Assembly (NCBI GenBank): GCA_046757405.1
Contig: JBHHYE010000010.1
Coordinates: 19,386-83,385 of the forward strand
Length of the DNA: 64,000 nt
Reading direction: 5' to 3'
DNA from: Acidobacteriota bacterium
GTDB lineage: Bacteria > Acidobacteriota > Polarisedimenticolia > SMYD01
A program made the position numbers and the translations under genes. Shown one piece after another: positions 49,838 to 59,634 of this stretch. The notes under the pieces are model-generated. The model ran no database searches and was not told where the DNA came from. It saw only the letters and a program-made list of their open reading frames with translations. Numbering within the stretch: position 1 is the first letter of the stretch; each line of letters begins with the position of its first letter.

Positions 49838-51067
49838 TTGTCACAGGGTTTTCCACATTCTCTGCGGATCGCTGGACGGTGCACCGGTTCGAGTGGCGGA
49901 CGGCGGGATCGATGGTGGGCCGTGAAGGGAGGCAGCGGACCGTGTATCCTGTCGGTCGAACGGTTTGCTTCCCTGTCGACAAGGAGATCGGCGCTGCGCC
50001 GCAGTTGGCTCCTATCCCGTCCCCTGGCCGGGTTCGTCGCCGGCCTGATCTTGGTGCCCGTCGGCGCTCGGAGCGCCCCGGCTGGAGTGCGGTCCCGCAC
50101 CGTGCATCTGGTCTACGAGGCCCGCGTACCCGGCGTCCCGGCGACGGCCGGGGAGGCGTTCCTGTGGATCCCATACCCGCCTGGCACCGCTTACCAGACG
50201 GTCAGCCACGTGACCATCAGCCCGGGACTGGCCCACGAGCTGGTCACCGAGGCACGTTTTGGCAACCGTGCCCTGCGGTTTGACCTGCCGCCAGGCACAG
50301 GGACGGCCACCGTCCGTCTCGGCTTCGATGTGACCCGGCGCGAGCACCGGCACCGTTTCGGAAAGGGCGGCGGCGAAGCGGAGGGATCGGTGACGGCCCT
50401 CCTGGGAGGAACCGGACCGGAGGAGACGGCGGTCTGGTTGCAGCCGGATCGGAGAGTGCCCCTGGATGCAACCATTCGCGGCTGGGCGGCTGCGGCTGTC
50501 GCCGGCCGCACCACTCCACTCGGCCAGGCACGGGCGATCTACGACTATGTGGTCGACAACCTCCGCTACGACAAGACCGGCACCGGCTGGGGGAACGGAG
50601 ACATCTACTGGGCCTGCGACACCAAGCAGGGCAACTGCAGCGATTTTCATGCGGTGTTCATCGGCTATGCGCGCGCCGTCGGGATCCCGGCGCGTTTCGA
50701 GATCGGCCTCCCCCTGCCGCCCGGCCGCGCCTCGGGGGAGATCAGCGGCTACCACTGCTGGGCGGAGTTCAACCTCCCCGGAGAGGGATGGATCCCTGTG
50801 GATGCCTCGGAAGCGAACCAGCACCCCCGCCTGCGAGATTATTTTTTCGGGGCGCATGACGAGAACCGGGTGCTGTTCACCGTTGGCCGGGACCTGATGC
50901 TGCCCGGGATGCGGGATGCGCCGTTGAACTTCTTTATCGCCCCGTACGCCGAAGTGGACGGGAAAGCGTTCCCCGGAGTGACGGGTCGCTTTTTCTACCA
51001 GGAGATCGGCCCTTCCGTTTCCCAGGACCGCCCCGGAGGGGGCCGGCGCTCAGGGGGAGGCGGCTGA
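49838..51067 (+). CDS. Transglutaminase-like (TGc) cysteine protease-fold protein, secreted (possible Tat signal)
   Basis: Cys-His-Asp core 'GNCSDFHAVFIGYARAVGIPAR..GYHCWAEF..WIPVDAS'. N-terminal 'TRRSALRRSWLLSRPLAGFVAGLIL'. Start uncertain (TTG 49838 or GTG 49922). Confidence 0.65.
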   Translation: MSQGFPHSLRIAGRCTGSSGGRRDRWWAVKGGSGPCILSVERFASLSTRRSALRRSWLLSRPLAGFVAGLILVPVGARSAPAGVRSRTVHLVYEARVPGVPATAGEAFLWIPYPPGTAYQTVSHVTISPGLAHELVTEARFGNRALRFDLPPGTGTATVRLGFDVTRREHRHRFGKGGGEAEGSVTALLGGTGPEETAVWLQPDRRVPLDATIRGWAAAAVAGRTTPLGQARAIYDYVVDNLRYDKTGTGWGNGDIYWACDTKQGNCSDFHAVFIGYARAVGIPARFEIGLPLPPGRASGEISGYHCWAEFNLPGEGWIPVDASEANQHPRLRDYFFGAHDENRVLFTVGRDLMLPGMRDAPLNFFIAPYAEVDGKAFPGVTGRFFYQEIGPSVSQDRPGGGRRSGGGG

Positions 51068-52966
51068 GAGGCGCTGCAGGGCCGTCCGGGCCGCCGTGGA
51101 GCCCGGTGCGAGCTCCAGGGCGCGGCGGTAGGCGGAGATCGCCAGGTCGCGGTCCCCGCGGGCCTCGGCCCACCGCCCGCGGAGGAGCCAGGCTCGCCCG
51201 TCCGCCGGGCTTCTCTGCACGGCCCAGTCGAGCTCGGTCTTGGCTTGCGCCAGGCGGCCTTCCTGGATGAGAACCTCCGCCAGGTTCAGCCGGATGACGG
51301 CCTCCCCTCGCTGTCCTTTCCGGAGAGCCGTCTGGAACGCCTTGATAGCCGCCTCCGGTCGGCCGGACCGGGAATAGGCCAGGCCCAGGTTGCTCCAGGT
51401 GGCGGCGCTGTGGGGGTCCAGACGCGCGGCTTCCTCGAGCTCGCGGATCCCCTCATCGACCTGGCCCCCCTGCACCAGGAGACGGCCCAACCCCTCATGC
51501 GCCATGGCCAGGGCCGGATCCAGGGCGAGAGCGCGAATGTAGAACGGGCGGGCCTCGGTCCACCGGCCCTGCCGCACCATCATCTGGCCGATCCAGGCGG
51601 AACCGAACGCCGAGTCGGGTTCGTCGTTCTCTCCACGGTCCACACCCGGGGAATCCAGCGCCACCGGGTGGATCCCTTCCCTCCCCCAAAAGGCTTTCTG
51701 GACCGCTGGCAGCAACAGCTCCACGATCCGCCGGTTCCCAGCCGCCGTCGGGTGGCAGTAGTCGAGAATCATCTCGTCGCCGACGATTCCCCCGGGCGAG
51801 GCGGCGGCCAGTGTGGCGGCCGCGTCCAGCGGCTCCAGGGCCGCTTCGCGCCACTCCCGGCGGATGGCGTCGGAGAGGAAGCCGGGCATGCGGATGGGCA
51901 CTCCGTCTCGGTCACGGGCCTCGGCGTAGGCGGCGCGCGCCGCGGAAAACCGGCCCATGGCATCCAGGATCTGTCCGCGGAGATAGTGGGCCGTAGCCGG
52001 CAGCGGATCGAGGCGCAAGGCCTCGTTGACCGCCCGCAGGGCGCCGGGCCACTGTCCCCGGGAGAACAGGGACCGGGCGGCGCTCATCGCCTTGTTCCGC
52101 CGTTGCTGGGCGAGGCGAGCCAGCGTCTCCGACCAGTCGGAGCCTTCCGGCGCCCAGCCGCGCAGGTTGGAAGCCGGGTTGACCAGGAAGAGGGAGATCC
52201 CGGCATGGCGTGCCAGCTCGGCGATCTCGCGCAGGACGAAGAGGAATTGATCCTTGATCAGGCGATCCTCCTGCGGATCGCGGTGTTGGCGCAGGCTGTC
52301 ATCTCGTTCCACGCCAAAGAGCCCGCCCGGTGCTTGATGGCCCCGGGCGGCCAGCGGCTGCAAGGCTCTCCTCAGGGCCGCGTACAGCCGCAGCCGGTTC
52401 AAGGCGCCGCGGAGATGGCGTTTCCAATCGGGCTCGTTCAGGAACGGGGCGAAGAAGCGGCGCTCGACGTACTCGTTATGGCCCATGTAGACCACGAGTC
52501 CATCCGGCTGGTACCGGATGACCTCCCGGGCCAGATTCAGAATTCTTCGTGAGCCATACGACATTCCGCCGCAGTTGATGACCTCGACCGGTGCTTCGGG
52601 ATGGGCCTTCTGGAGGGCCCGTTCCAGGAGACGGCAGAAAGAATGCGCGTCATCGTAAGGAAAGCCGAACGTCGCGGAGCCTCCCAGGCAGAAGAGACGC
52701 CGGGTCCGGGCCGCCTTGCGGGCGTGGAACGATTGCGGGTTGAAGGCACCGATCCGATCGTCGCGGGTTCGCAGGATCTCTTCCCCCCCTGCGCCGGTGG
52801 TATGAACAAACAGGGGCTCGGCGGCGGAAAAGCCGGCGAACGGATCGGGTCGATGGCCGGGACCGCCGTACCCCGCGAGCCGCAGGGCCACTTCGGCCGC
52901 CAGCAGAAGGCTCGATCCCAGGGCCAGAGCCAAGAGCCGCCGCGACGATCTGGACCCGATGCGCAA
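51050..52966 (-). CDS. SGNH/GDSL-like hydrolase domain + C-terminal TPR-repeat protein
   Basis: Probable TTG start 8 nt after the serS stop (the ORF-track ATG at 53185 would overlap serS by 210 nt); N-terminal TM anchor; 'FCLGGSATFG' GDS-like motif; 6 or more TPR repeats at the C-terminus. Confidence 0.55.
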   Translation of the reverse strand: MRIGSRSSRRLLALALGSSLLLAAEVALRLAGYGGPGHRPDPFAGFSAAEPLFVHTTGAGGEEILRTRDDRIGAFNPQSFHARKAARTRRLFCLGGSATFGFPYDDAHSFCRLLERALQKAHPEAPVEVINCGGMSYGSRRILNLAREVIRYQPDGLVVYMGHNEYVERRFFAPFLNEPDWKRHLRGALNRLRLYAALRRALQPLAARGHQAPGGLFGVERDDSLRQHRDPQEDRLIKDQFLFVLREIAELARHAGISLFLVNPASNLRGWAPEGSDWSETLARLAQQRRNKAMSAARSLFSRGQWPGALRAVNEALRLDPLPATAHYLRGQILDAMGRFSAARAAYAEARDRDGVPIRMPGFLSDAIRREWREAALEPLDAAATLAAASPGGIVGDEMILDYCHPTAAGNRRIVELLLPAVQKAFWGREGIHPVALDSPGVDRGENDEPDSAFGSAWIGQMMVRQGRWTEARPFYIRALALDPALAMAHEGLGRLLVQGGQVDEGIRELEEAARLDPHSAATWSNLGLAYSRSGRPEAAIKAFQTALRKGQRGEAVIRLNLAEVLIQEGRLAQAKTELDWAVQRSPADGRAWLLRGRWAEARGDRDLAISAYRRALELAPGSTAARTALQRLSAASP

Positions 52967-52974
52967 GGTGGAAT

Positions 52975-54231
52975 CTAGAGCTCCCGGCGCCCGCCCAGGT
53001 AGGGCTGGAGAGCGGGCGGGATCCCGATCCCGCGGCTCTCTTGCTGGTGGTTCTCCAGCAACGCGATCATCATGCGGCCTGCGGCAACCGCCGTGCCATT
53101 CAGCGTGTGCACCAGGCGGGTTCCCGACTCCCCTCGCAAGCGGACGGCCAGGCGGCGCGCCTGGTAGTCCGTGCAGTTGGAGCACGAGGTGACCTCCCGG
53201 TAGGCACTCTGGCCGGGCATCCAGGCTTCCAGATCAAATTTCTTGGCGGCCGGGGCGCCCAGGTCGCCGGTGGCAATGTTCACCACCCGGTAGGGAATGT
53301 TCAGAGCTTGCAGGATCTGTTCCTGGAGGGCCAGCATGACTTCATGCTCGCCGGGGGAGGTCTCCGGAGCACAGAATGAAAACATTTCGACCTTGTCGAA
53401 CTGATGGACGCGGAAAATACCCCGGGTGTCCTTGCCATAGGAGCCGGCTTCCCGCCTGAAGCAGGTGGAGAATCCGGCGTAGCGACGCGGCAGCTCGTCC
53501 GCGGCCAGGATCTCATCCATGTGCAGAGCCGCAAGGGAGACCTCTGATGTGCCCACCAGGTAGGCGTCCTCGTTTTCGATCTTGTAGATCTCGTTGCGGT
53601 CGGCCGGGAAAAAGCCGGTCCCGTACATCGCCTTCTCCCGCACCAGGACGGGAGGGAGCACCGGGCGGAATCCATTTTTCTTGAGGCGGTCCATGACGAA
53701 CGACACCAGGGCAAGCTCAAGGTCCACCAAATCGCCGGACAGATAGGCAAAACGGCTCCCCGAGAGCCGGGCCGCGCGCTTCATGTCGATCCAGCCGCGG
53801 GACTCCCCCAGGGCGAGATGATCGAGTGGCTCGAACCGGAAGGAAGGCGGCTCACCCACGCGGCGGAGCACGATGTTCGCCGTCTCCCCTTCTCCATCGG
53901 GCGCCGAAGGGTCGGGAGGGTTCGGGATTTGGACCAGCGCCGCCTGCAAAGCCTCTTCCAGCGAACGGAGTCGCGGCTCCCCTTCCTTGAGTTGCCCGGC
54001 GACCTCACGCATCCGGGCCATGAGCCCGGCCTTCTCGCTCTCTGCCGCCTGCGGGATGCGCCTGGAGGTTGCGTTCCTCTCGGCTCTCAAGGTCTCGAGC
54101 CGCGACTTGAGCCGGCGGATCTCCCCATCCAGTTGAAGAAGCTCATCCAGCCGTTCCGCTTGGTATCTCTTCCGCCCCAGGGAGACCCGGAAGGTCTCCG
54201 GGTCGTCGCGAAGTTTCTTGAGGTCGATCAT
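52975..54231 (-). CDS. serS: Seryl-tRNA synthetase
   Basis: N-terminal coiled coil, class II motifs 'GTGFFPADRNEIY', 'FRREAGSYGKDTRGIFRVHQF', 'SNCTDYQARR'. Confidence 0.95.
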   Translation of the reverse strand: MIDLKKLRDDPETFRVSLGRKRYQAERLDELLQLDGEIRRLKSRLETLRAERNATSRRIPQAAESEKAGLMARMREVAGQLKEGEPRLRSLEEALQAALVQIPNPPDPSAPDGEGETANIVLRRVGEPPSFRFEPLDHLALGESRGWIDMKRAARLSGSRFAYLSGDLVDLELALVSFVMDRLKKNGFRPVLPPVLVREKAMYGTGFFPADRNEIYKIENEDAYLVGTSEVSLAALHMDEILAADELPRRYAGFSTCFRREAGSYGKDTRGIFRVHQFDKVEMFSFCAPETSPGEHEVMLALQEQILQALNIPYRVVNIATGDLGAPAAKKFDLEAWMPGQSAYREVTSCSNCTDYQARRLAVRLRGESGTRLVHTLNGTAVAAGRMMIALLENHQQESRGIGIPPALQPYLGGRREL

Positions 54232-54734
54232 GTGCGCTTGCCCAGCAACTGCTCCACCTTGAGGAGCAGGTTCTCCTCCACGTGCATCCCCTTGATGAGG
54301 ACATCATCGGCGCCCAGCGCTTTCAGCTCCTTCCACGTTTCACCGTACATCTCCGCCTCGTCGAGGGCGGTGAAGATGAGGATGGGACACTGTTTGGCCC
54401 CCATCTCGCGGAGGACATCCCGGCCGTCATCGTCTCCACGGAGGGAAAGATCCAGCAGGAGCAGTTCGATCGGTTCCCGCTTCAGAACAGCCACGGCTTC
54501 TGCCTTGGAGGAGACCACGATGGTCCGGTAGCGGCTCCCCAGGGTGGCACGGACCAGCTCGCAAAAGTATGCCGTGTCTTCAGCCACCAGGATGGTCGGG
54601 GTGCTGGACGATCGAGTTTCCTGCACGGCCGGAGCGGTCTCCTTGCCGGTCTCCGTCGTCAGCTGGTGGCCGCCGGGTCCACAGACGATCTGGAGGAGGT
54701 GGCCACAGGCGGGGCAGAGGGCGTGTTCTCCCAT
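54228..54734 (-). CDS. Zinc-ribbon + receiver (REC) domain protein (second copy of this architecture)
   Basis: 'CPACGHLL..' N-terminal ribbon; REC 'ILVAEDTAYF', 'LLLLDLSLRGDDDGRDVL', 'ILIFTA', 'LIKGM'; 4-nt overlap with serS. Confidence 0.55.
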   Translation of the reverse strand: MGEHALCPACGHLLQIVCGPGGHQLTTETGKETAPAVQETRSSSTPTILVAEDTAYFCELVRATLGSRYRTIVVSSKAEAVAVLKREPIELLLLDLSLRGDDDGRDVLREMGAKQCPILIFTALDEAEMYGETWKELKALGADDVLIKGMHVEENLLLKVEQLLGKRT

Positions 54735-54777
54735 GGAATCTCCGCAAGGTCTTGCAAGACTTGACCTTAGTGTAGAA

Positions 54778-54807
54778 TTGACAGGTCTCCTCAGGCAACA
54801 TTACCAT
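54778..54807 (+). promoter_or_regulatory. Candidate promoter (TTGACA-17/18-TACCAT) for the membrane/TPR gene
   Basis: Consensus -35 at 54778-54783; weak -10. Lies downstream of a perfect 12-bp palindrome, GTCTTGCAAGAC (54749-54760). Confidence 0.3.
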
Positions 54808-54841
54808 CGCACGTCCGGCGCGTGAAAGGAGCCAGCCTCCT

Positions 54842-57800
54842 GTGAGCCCAGTGGGAAGTGCCACCAGTCGGGGCCGCCTGGCGAGCGTGGCTGGAGGATT
54901 CCTTCTCTCCTCTCAGACCGTGGCCTGGAGCCTGGTGGCTTCACCTCTCGGGGCGGGTGACCTGGGGATGGGCCTCTTGTTCGTGGCCGCGGCGACCTTG
55001 ACGCTGGGAGCCACCCTGTCCGCAAGGCCCGGAGCGGGAAGCTGGCGCCGCGGCCTGTTCCTGCTCCCGGCACTCGCCGGACTCCTGGCTCTGGCGGCGG
55101 CGTCCGCGCTTCTCGCCCTCCCGTCCTTCGGAACCGGCTCTGCCATGGCCCGGTTCTTGGCCTCGGCTGTGGTCGTCGGGCCCGCCGGGTTGTGTGGGGG
55201 AATTCTTCTCAGCCAGAGAGGTGTCCCGCCGGCCGGGTTCTTCCTCGGCCTCCTGTCAGGGGTATCCCTGGTGCTGGGAACCGTTTCCTGGTGGCCGCCG
55301 CCGCTGGCCCTGGCGGGGCTTCCCGTTGTCTGGCTGGGGTTGGCCCCGCGCCCGGCCGTCTCACAGGGCGAGCCCGGGGCCCGGGGACCATCAGGCGGTC
55401 GACCCTCCTTCCCTCTGCTCCAGGCCATGATGATGAGCGCGGCCTTGCTGACTCTTGTGCTGGGCGCCATGGGACGGATCACACGGCTTCTGGCCGGGAC
55501 CTCCTACCAGACTCGTTCGATTCTTTTCTTCCTCACCCTCGGCGGGTTGGTGGTGGGAGGTCTCGTGGGGGGCCGGTTCCGGCCGCGAGGCTCCTCTCGC
55601 CTGCTCGCCGCGGCGGTGGTTTGGAGCGTGCTGGCTGCCCATCTGTTGGCGCTCTTCTGGAGCCTCCCTTCCCTTGCCAGGCTGTATCTCCGGGTGATCG
55701 ATCCGCATGTCTGGCCTTCCATGCCGGGCGCGTGGCTCCTCGGCGGCCTCATGCTCTTTCCGCTGGCCGCCCTGGGTGGGCTGGGGATCAGCTGGATGAC
55801 CCCCGCCCCGGACCCGGAGGGACGTCCCGGGGTGGCGGTGATCCAGGCGGTGGGTTCAGGAGTCGCCGCCGGTGCCGTTCTCCTGGGAGGCCTCCTGGCT
55901 CCCCACCTGGGTCCAGGGCGGCTCTTTCAGCTCTGCGTGGCCACGGTTCCCCTGGGCCTGGTCTTGCCCGCGGTGCTGGATCCAGGCGGGAGGAGCAGGG
56001 CCTGGCTCCGGCTGGGCGCCGCGCCGGTTGTGGTTCTTGTGAGCTTCGGTGTTCTTTTCCTTTCTGGACCGTCGGATCGTCTGTTGACGGCGGGTCTGGC
56101 CTGGCACCCGCAACGATTCCTCGTTTCCGGTGGTGAGGCGCTGGCCAACGGACTCGGACAGCAGCAGGTGGTCGGCTTCGAACCGCGGTCCACCGGGGTG
56201 GTGGCGCGGGTGCGGCGGGCCAGCGGGCCGGTCGAAACCGTCTGGCAGGGCTGGACACTGGCGACCGGCGGGGCTCACCCGCGGAGCTGCGCGGCGGTGG
56301 CGAGCCTGCTGGCCGCGGTGCTTCATCCGCATCCGGATCGTGTGCTGCTGGTCGGCGCGGACGGTGCCGCAGAGGTGGAGGGAGTCCGGGCGGTTCTACC
56401 CGGTGCCCGGGTCGATCGTTTCCGGAGTGTGCCGTTCGGACGCGGGGCCGCCGGCCCGGCGGCGGCCCCGAACAGGCGCCCGGGTCAGGCCTCTCTCTGG
56501 GCGGTGGGCACCGGGTACGACTTCGTGATGGTGCATCCACTTCCTCCCCAGGCCGCCGGCTCCGGGTTGGCCTGGAGCCACGCCGCTCTGGAGCGTGGCC
56601 GGCATGCGCTGGCCGCTGAGGGTGTCCTTTCCCTGCGGCTGGACCCGCAGTCCTTCAGGGCGCCGGCGTTCCAGACCGTCCTGTCCACATTCCTCGGTAT
56701 CTTTCCCGAAAGCAGCTTGTGGTTCGATGGATGTGATCTGCTTCTGGTGGGATCCGGCTCCCCGGTGCGGATTTCCATGACAGCTCTCGAGGAGTTGTTT
56801 GGAGCGGTGGCCCCTGAGGTCGAGGCGGCGGGATTGCTTCACCCTGCGGATCTTCTCGCCCGTTTCATCATGCCGCGCTGGGGATTGGAGGCGCTCTCGG
56901 AGGGCCGGCCCGCCGAACGGCTGTTCCGGCCCCGGCTGGCCCTGGAGCCTGACCCCGGGGTCGGAGAGAGGCGCGGCCTGCTGGCACGGTTCACCGTTTT
57001 CCCGCTGGATCTCAACGCCTGGCTGGCAGACCTGGCCGGACTCGACCCGGAGAGCCTGCGGGAGGACGTGGAAGGGACCTCCCGCGCCATCGGCCATCTT
57101 CTCGCGGCTCTGGGCCAGGAGACGGGCGATCCCGCGGCCGCCCTGGGGCATGCGCAGGCTGCTCTGGAGATGCGTCCAGAGGATCCGCTGATTGCCCGGG
57201 TCACGGCGCGGCTCGCCTATGCCGCTGCCCGGTCGGACCTGGCGGTGGGAAAGGACCAGGCGGCCCTGGAGTGGATGGAGCAGGCGATCCGGCTGGCTCC
57301 GGAGCAGGTCACCTATCACCTGTTGCACGTTCATCTCCTGGAGGGTCTCGGCCACCTAGAAAGTGCCCGGCGCCGGCTGGACGCGCTGGGAAGGCGTTTT
57401 CCCGATTCCTACCCGGTGCTGCTTCTCCAGGGGCTCTGGCGGATGAATCGTGGCAACACCAAGGGGGCCGGCAAGTTCCTGCGCCGGGCGGCCGACCTGG
57501 GGTACGAGACCGCCGACCTGGATGTGGGACTGGCACGGATCGCGTGGGCGCGCCGCCGGCCGGAGGAAGCCCGCCGGCTGGTGCGGCGGGCCGCGAAGCG
57601 AGCCCCCGACCCTCCAGGCCTCATGGCCCACCTGGGAGAACAGTTGCTGCGGGCGGGCTTCCTGGAGGAGGGTGTGGAGTACCTGGAGCGGGCCAAGGAG
57701 AGAGGGCGCGACGCGGCCGATGTCAACGGGCCGCTGGGAGAGGCGGCTCTCGAAGGGCAGGACTACGTCCGGGCTTCCCGGTTGCTGTCCCGCGCCGTGG

Positions 57801-58090
57801 CCCAGGAGCCCGCCTCAGGCCGGTTCCGCCTTTCCCTGGGCAGTGCCCTGCTCCTTTCCGGAAACGCCATGCAGGCCGTGGAGCACCTGCGCAAGGCGGT
57901 TGGCCTCCGGCCGGACGACGCCATGGCGCACCTCAACCTGGCCGCAGCGCTCTTGAAGTCGGGCCAGAAGAACGAGGCGCGCGAGGAGCTCGCGATCATC
58001 GGAACGCGCCTGGAGGGAAATCCGGTCCTCGCCCGTTTGCGGCGGGAGCTCGGGTTGCGCCCTCCCGAAGGGGACGCCGGCCCCCTGTGA
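54842..58090 (+). CDS. Large polytopic membrane protein with spermidine-synthase-like (aminopropyltransferase/MTase fold) domain and C-terminal TPR repeats
   Basis: About 12 TM helices in the first ~480 aa; 'VLLVGADGAAE..GYDFVMVHPLPP' MTase-like region; TPR array from ~aa 780. Confidence 0.55.
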   Translation: MSPVGSATSRGRLASVAGGFLLSSQTVAWSLVASPLGAGDLGMGLLFVAAATLTLGATLSARPGAGSWRRGLFLLPALAGLLALAAASALLALPSFGTGSAMARFLASAVVVGPAGLCGGILLSQRGVPPAGFFLGLLSGVSLVLGTVSWWPPPLALAGLPVVWLGLAPRPAVSQGEPGARGPSGGRPSFPLLQAMMMSAALLTLVLGAMGRITRLLAGTSYQTRSILFFLTLGGLVVGGLVGGRFRPRGSSRLLAAAVVWSVLAAHLLALFWSLPSLARLYLRVIDPHVWPSMPGAWLLGGLMLFPLAALGGLGISWMTPAPDPEGRPGVAVIQAVGSGVAAGAVLLGGLLAPHLGPGRLFQLCVATVPLGLVLPAVLDPGGRSRAWLRLGAAPVVVLVSFGVLFLSGPSDRLLTAGLAWHPQRFLVSGGEALANGLGQQQVVGFEPRSTGVVARVRRASGPVETVWQGWTLATGGAHPRSCAAVASLLAAVLHPHPDRVLLVGADGAAEVEGVRAVLPGARVDRFRSVPFGRGAAGPAAAPNRRPGQASLWAVGTGYDFVMVHPLPPQAAGSGLAWSHAALERGRHALAAEGVLSLRLDPQSFRAPAFQTVLSTFLGIFPESSLWFDGCDLLLVGSGSPVRISMTALEELFGAVAPEVEAAGLLHPADLLARFIMPRWGLEALSEGRPAERLFRPRLALEPDPGVGERRGLLARFTVFPLDLNAWLADLAGLDPESLREDVEGTSRAIGHLLAALGQETGDPAAALGHAQAALEMRPEDPLIARVTARLAYAAARSDLAVGKDQAALEWMEQAIRLAPEQVTYHLLHVHLLEGLGHLESARRRLDALGRRFPDSYPVLLLQGLWRMNRGNTKGAGKFLRRAADLGYETADLDVGLARIAWARRRPEEARRLVRRAAKRAPDPPGLMAHLGEQLLRAGFLEEGVEYLERAKERGRDAADVNGPLGEAALEGQDYVRASRLLSRAVAQEPASGRFRLSLGSALLLSGNAMQAVEHLRKAVGLRPDDAMAHLNLAAALLKSGQKNEAREELAIIGTRLEGNPVLARLRRELGLRPPEGDAGPL

Positions 58091-58174
58091 GGGCGGCGGG
58101 TCAGCGACCGGCCCGGGTCGGGCGGCCAGGCGGGCTGTCCGAGAACGCGGCGCAGACCGGCTGTGGGAGCCGGG

Positions 58175-58573
58175 CTACGGTTGGCTCCTGAACAGGCGGG
58201 AAAACCAGCCGAGGAGGCCGCTCTTGGGGAGGCTCGTGCGGGCCATTTCGGGGCCATCCATGCCGGGCGGCGGGGAATCCGTGGGTGGCGTGGATGCGGG
58301 AGTGGCGGGAGAATCGGACAGGCGCGTCTCGTGGCTCAGTTCGAAGAGGGAGGGCCCGGGGTCGGTGTGGAGGGCGATGGGAGGTATCTGGAAGAGAAGG
58401 TCGCCGCCGGCGGGGATCGCAAGAGGATGCTTTTCCCGGGCCGTGGAAGTCCCACGGGGCGGGATGAACAACATGGTCCCGCATCGGGGGCAGGGTGTCC
58501 GTGCCCCCCGCGCCGGGAGGCGCTCCTCGCGAACGCGAAAGCCAGCCTGGCAGGAAGAACATCGTATGGTCAT
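58175..58573 (-). CDS. MJ0042-type zinc-ribbon protein with disordered middle and C-terminal amphipathic helix
   Basis: 'IRCSSCQAGFRV..TPCPRCGTML'; Pro/Ser/Thr-rich region; terminal 'SGLLGWFSRLFR'; ATGA overlap with the upstream gene. Confidence 0.5.
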   Translation of the reverse strand: MTIRCSSCQAGFRVREERLPARGARTPCPRCGTMLFIPPRGTSTAREKHPLAIPAGGDLLFQIPPIALHTDPGPSLFELSHETRLSDSPATPASTPPTDSPPPGMDGPEMARTSLPKSGLLGWFSRLFRSQP

Positions 58574-59634
58574 CGGTTGGTCCTCCCTTCTTCAGCTCGG
58601 TGTGGCGGGACGCCCTGGGTCAGGCCGCTGATGGCTTCGTCAAGCCCCAGCTTTCCATCCAGGTATGGATTCCAGTAGGCCTCCAGCGCCGGCAGAAAGG
58701 CTTGGAAAGCACGCTGATAAATCTTCCGGGTCTTCCCCACGTGCACATGGGAGAAATCGACCATTCTGCGGACGGCCTCCCCGGCGGTCCAGTAAAGCAC
58801 CGCACGGGGCAACAAGGCCGGGTTCATCGGATGCAGCTCCCTCTGGCGCTGGCGCAAGAGGAGGAGGGCGTTGTTGTGATTTCCCTTGTCGGCAAGCTCG
58901 ATGATGCGTCCGAGCATCATGACGATGGTTTCCGTGAGGCCCGTGGCCGTGAAACGATCGGTCTCGATGACGGTAAAGAACTTCCCGTCGACTTCCTGGG
59001 CGTCGGAGCCGGTCAAGACATAGCGGCCGACCAGGTCGATCTTCACCCGGTGGAGGGGAAGGAGCCGGGCGTTGAGGCTGGTGAAGAGGAACTGGAGGAG
59101 CTCTTCCTGATGCGGATAGAACAGGTTCCGGAGGACCGGTTTCACCGTGGTGGAGTTTCGCAGGGCCAAGGCCGGCCAAATCCTCGTCTCGAAGAATGGA
59201 TAGGCTTGCTCCATGGCCGCGGCAATATCGCTGCCGGTCTTTCCCAGGGCGAGCATCTTGTACTTCAGAGGAAACATGTTCAGCTGACCCTTGACCGAGG
59301 AGATATCCCGGGCGCGTGCGATGAAGCTTTCCATCCTGAACCAGATCCTCGGATCAGGCACGAGTTTTTGGTGATGCCGGTACAGGCGAACCGACTCGGC
59401 GAGTTCAGGGGGCAGATCCTTCTTTCTTGACGCTGCCACCCGCAGATGAGTGTGCAAGCTGAGAATCTTGTTCAAGGAAAGATCGATCTTGAGATCCCTG
59501 GGGCCCACCAGACGGCTGGCCCCCCGGGCAGCTGTCCAGAGGAGGAGCGGAATGGACCCTGACATCGCCAGGCGTGGGAGGGCCAGAAGCCATGATCGGC
59601 GCAGGAATTCCCTGCGGGGGTAGACCAGCCTCAT
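58570..59634 (-). CDS. Hypothetical protein (354 aa), possibly secreted
   Basis: Start at 'MRLVYP'. Strong GC3 bias (18/20 third positions GC in a sampled 60-nt stretch); N-terminal 'RRSWLLALPRLAMSGSIPLLLW'; no recognised domain. Confidence 0.55.
   Translation of the reverse strand: MRLVYPRREFLRRSWLLALPRLAMSGSIPLLLWTAARGASRLVGPRDLKIDLSLNKILSLHTHLRVAASRKKDLPPELAESVRLYRHHQKLVPDPRIWFRMESFIARARDISSVKGQLNMFPLKYKMLALGKTGSDIAAAMEQAYPFFETRIWPALALRNSTTVKPVLRNLFYPHQEELLQFLFTSLNARLLPLHRVKIDLVGRYVLTGSDAQEVDGKFFTVIETDRFTATGLTETIVMMLGRIIELADKGNHNNALLLLRQRQRELHPMNPALLPRAVLYWTAGEAVRRMVDFSHVHVGKTRKIYQRAFQAFLPALEAYWNPYLDGKLGLDEAISGLTQGVPPHRAEEGRTNR

Noticed and set aside
53185-53185. ORF-track ATG start at 53185 for the SGNH-TPR gene
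   Set aside because: Would overlap serS by 210 nt on the same strand. A TTG start at 52966, immediately before the TM anchor and 8 nt after the serS stop, is more parsimonious.
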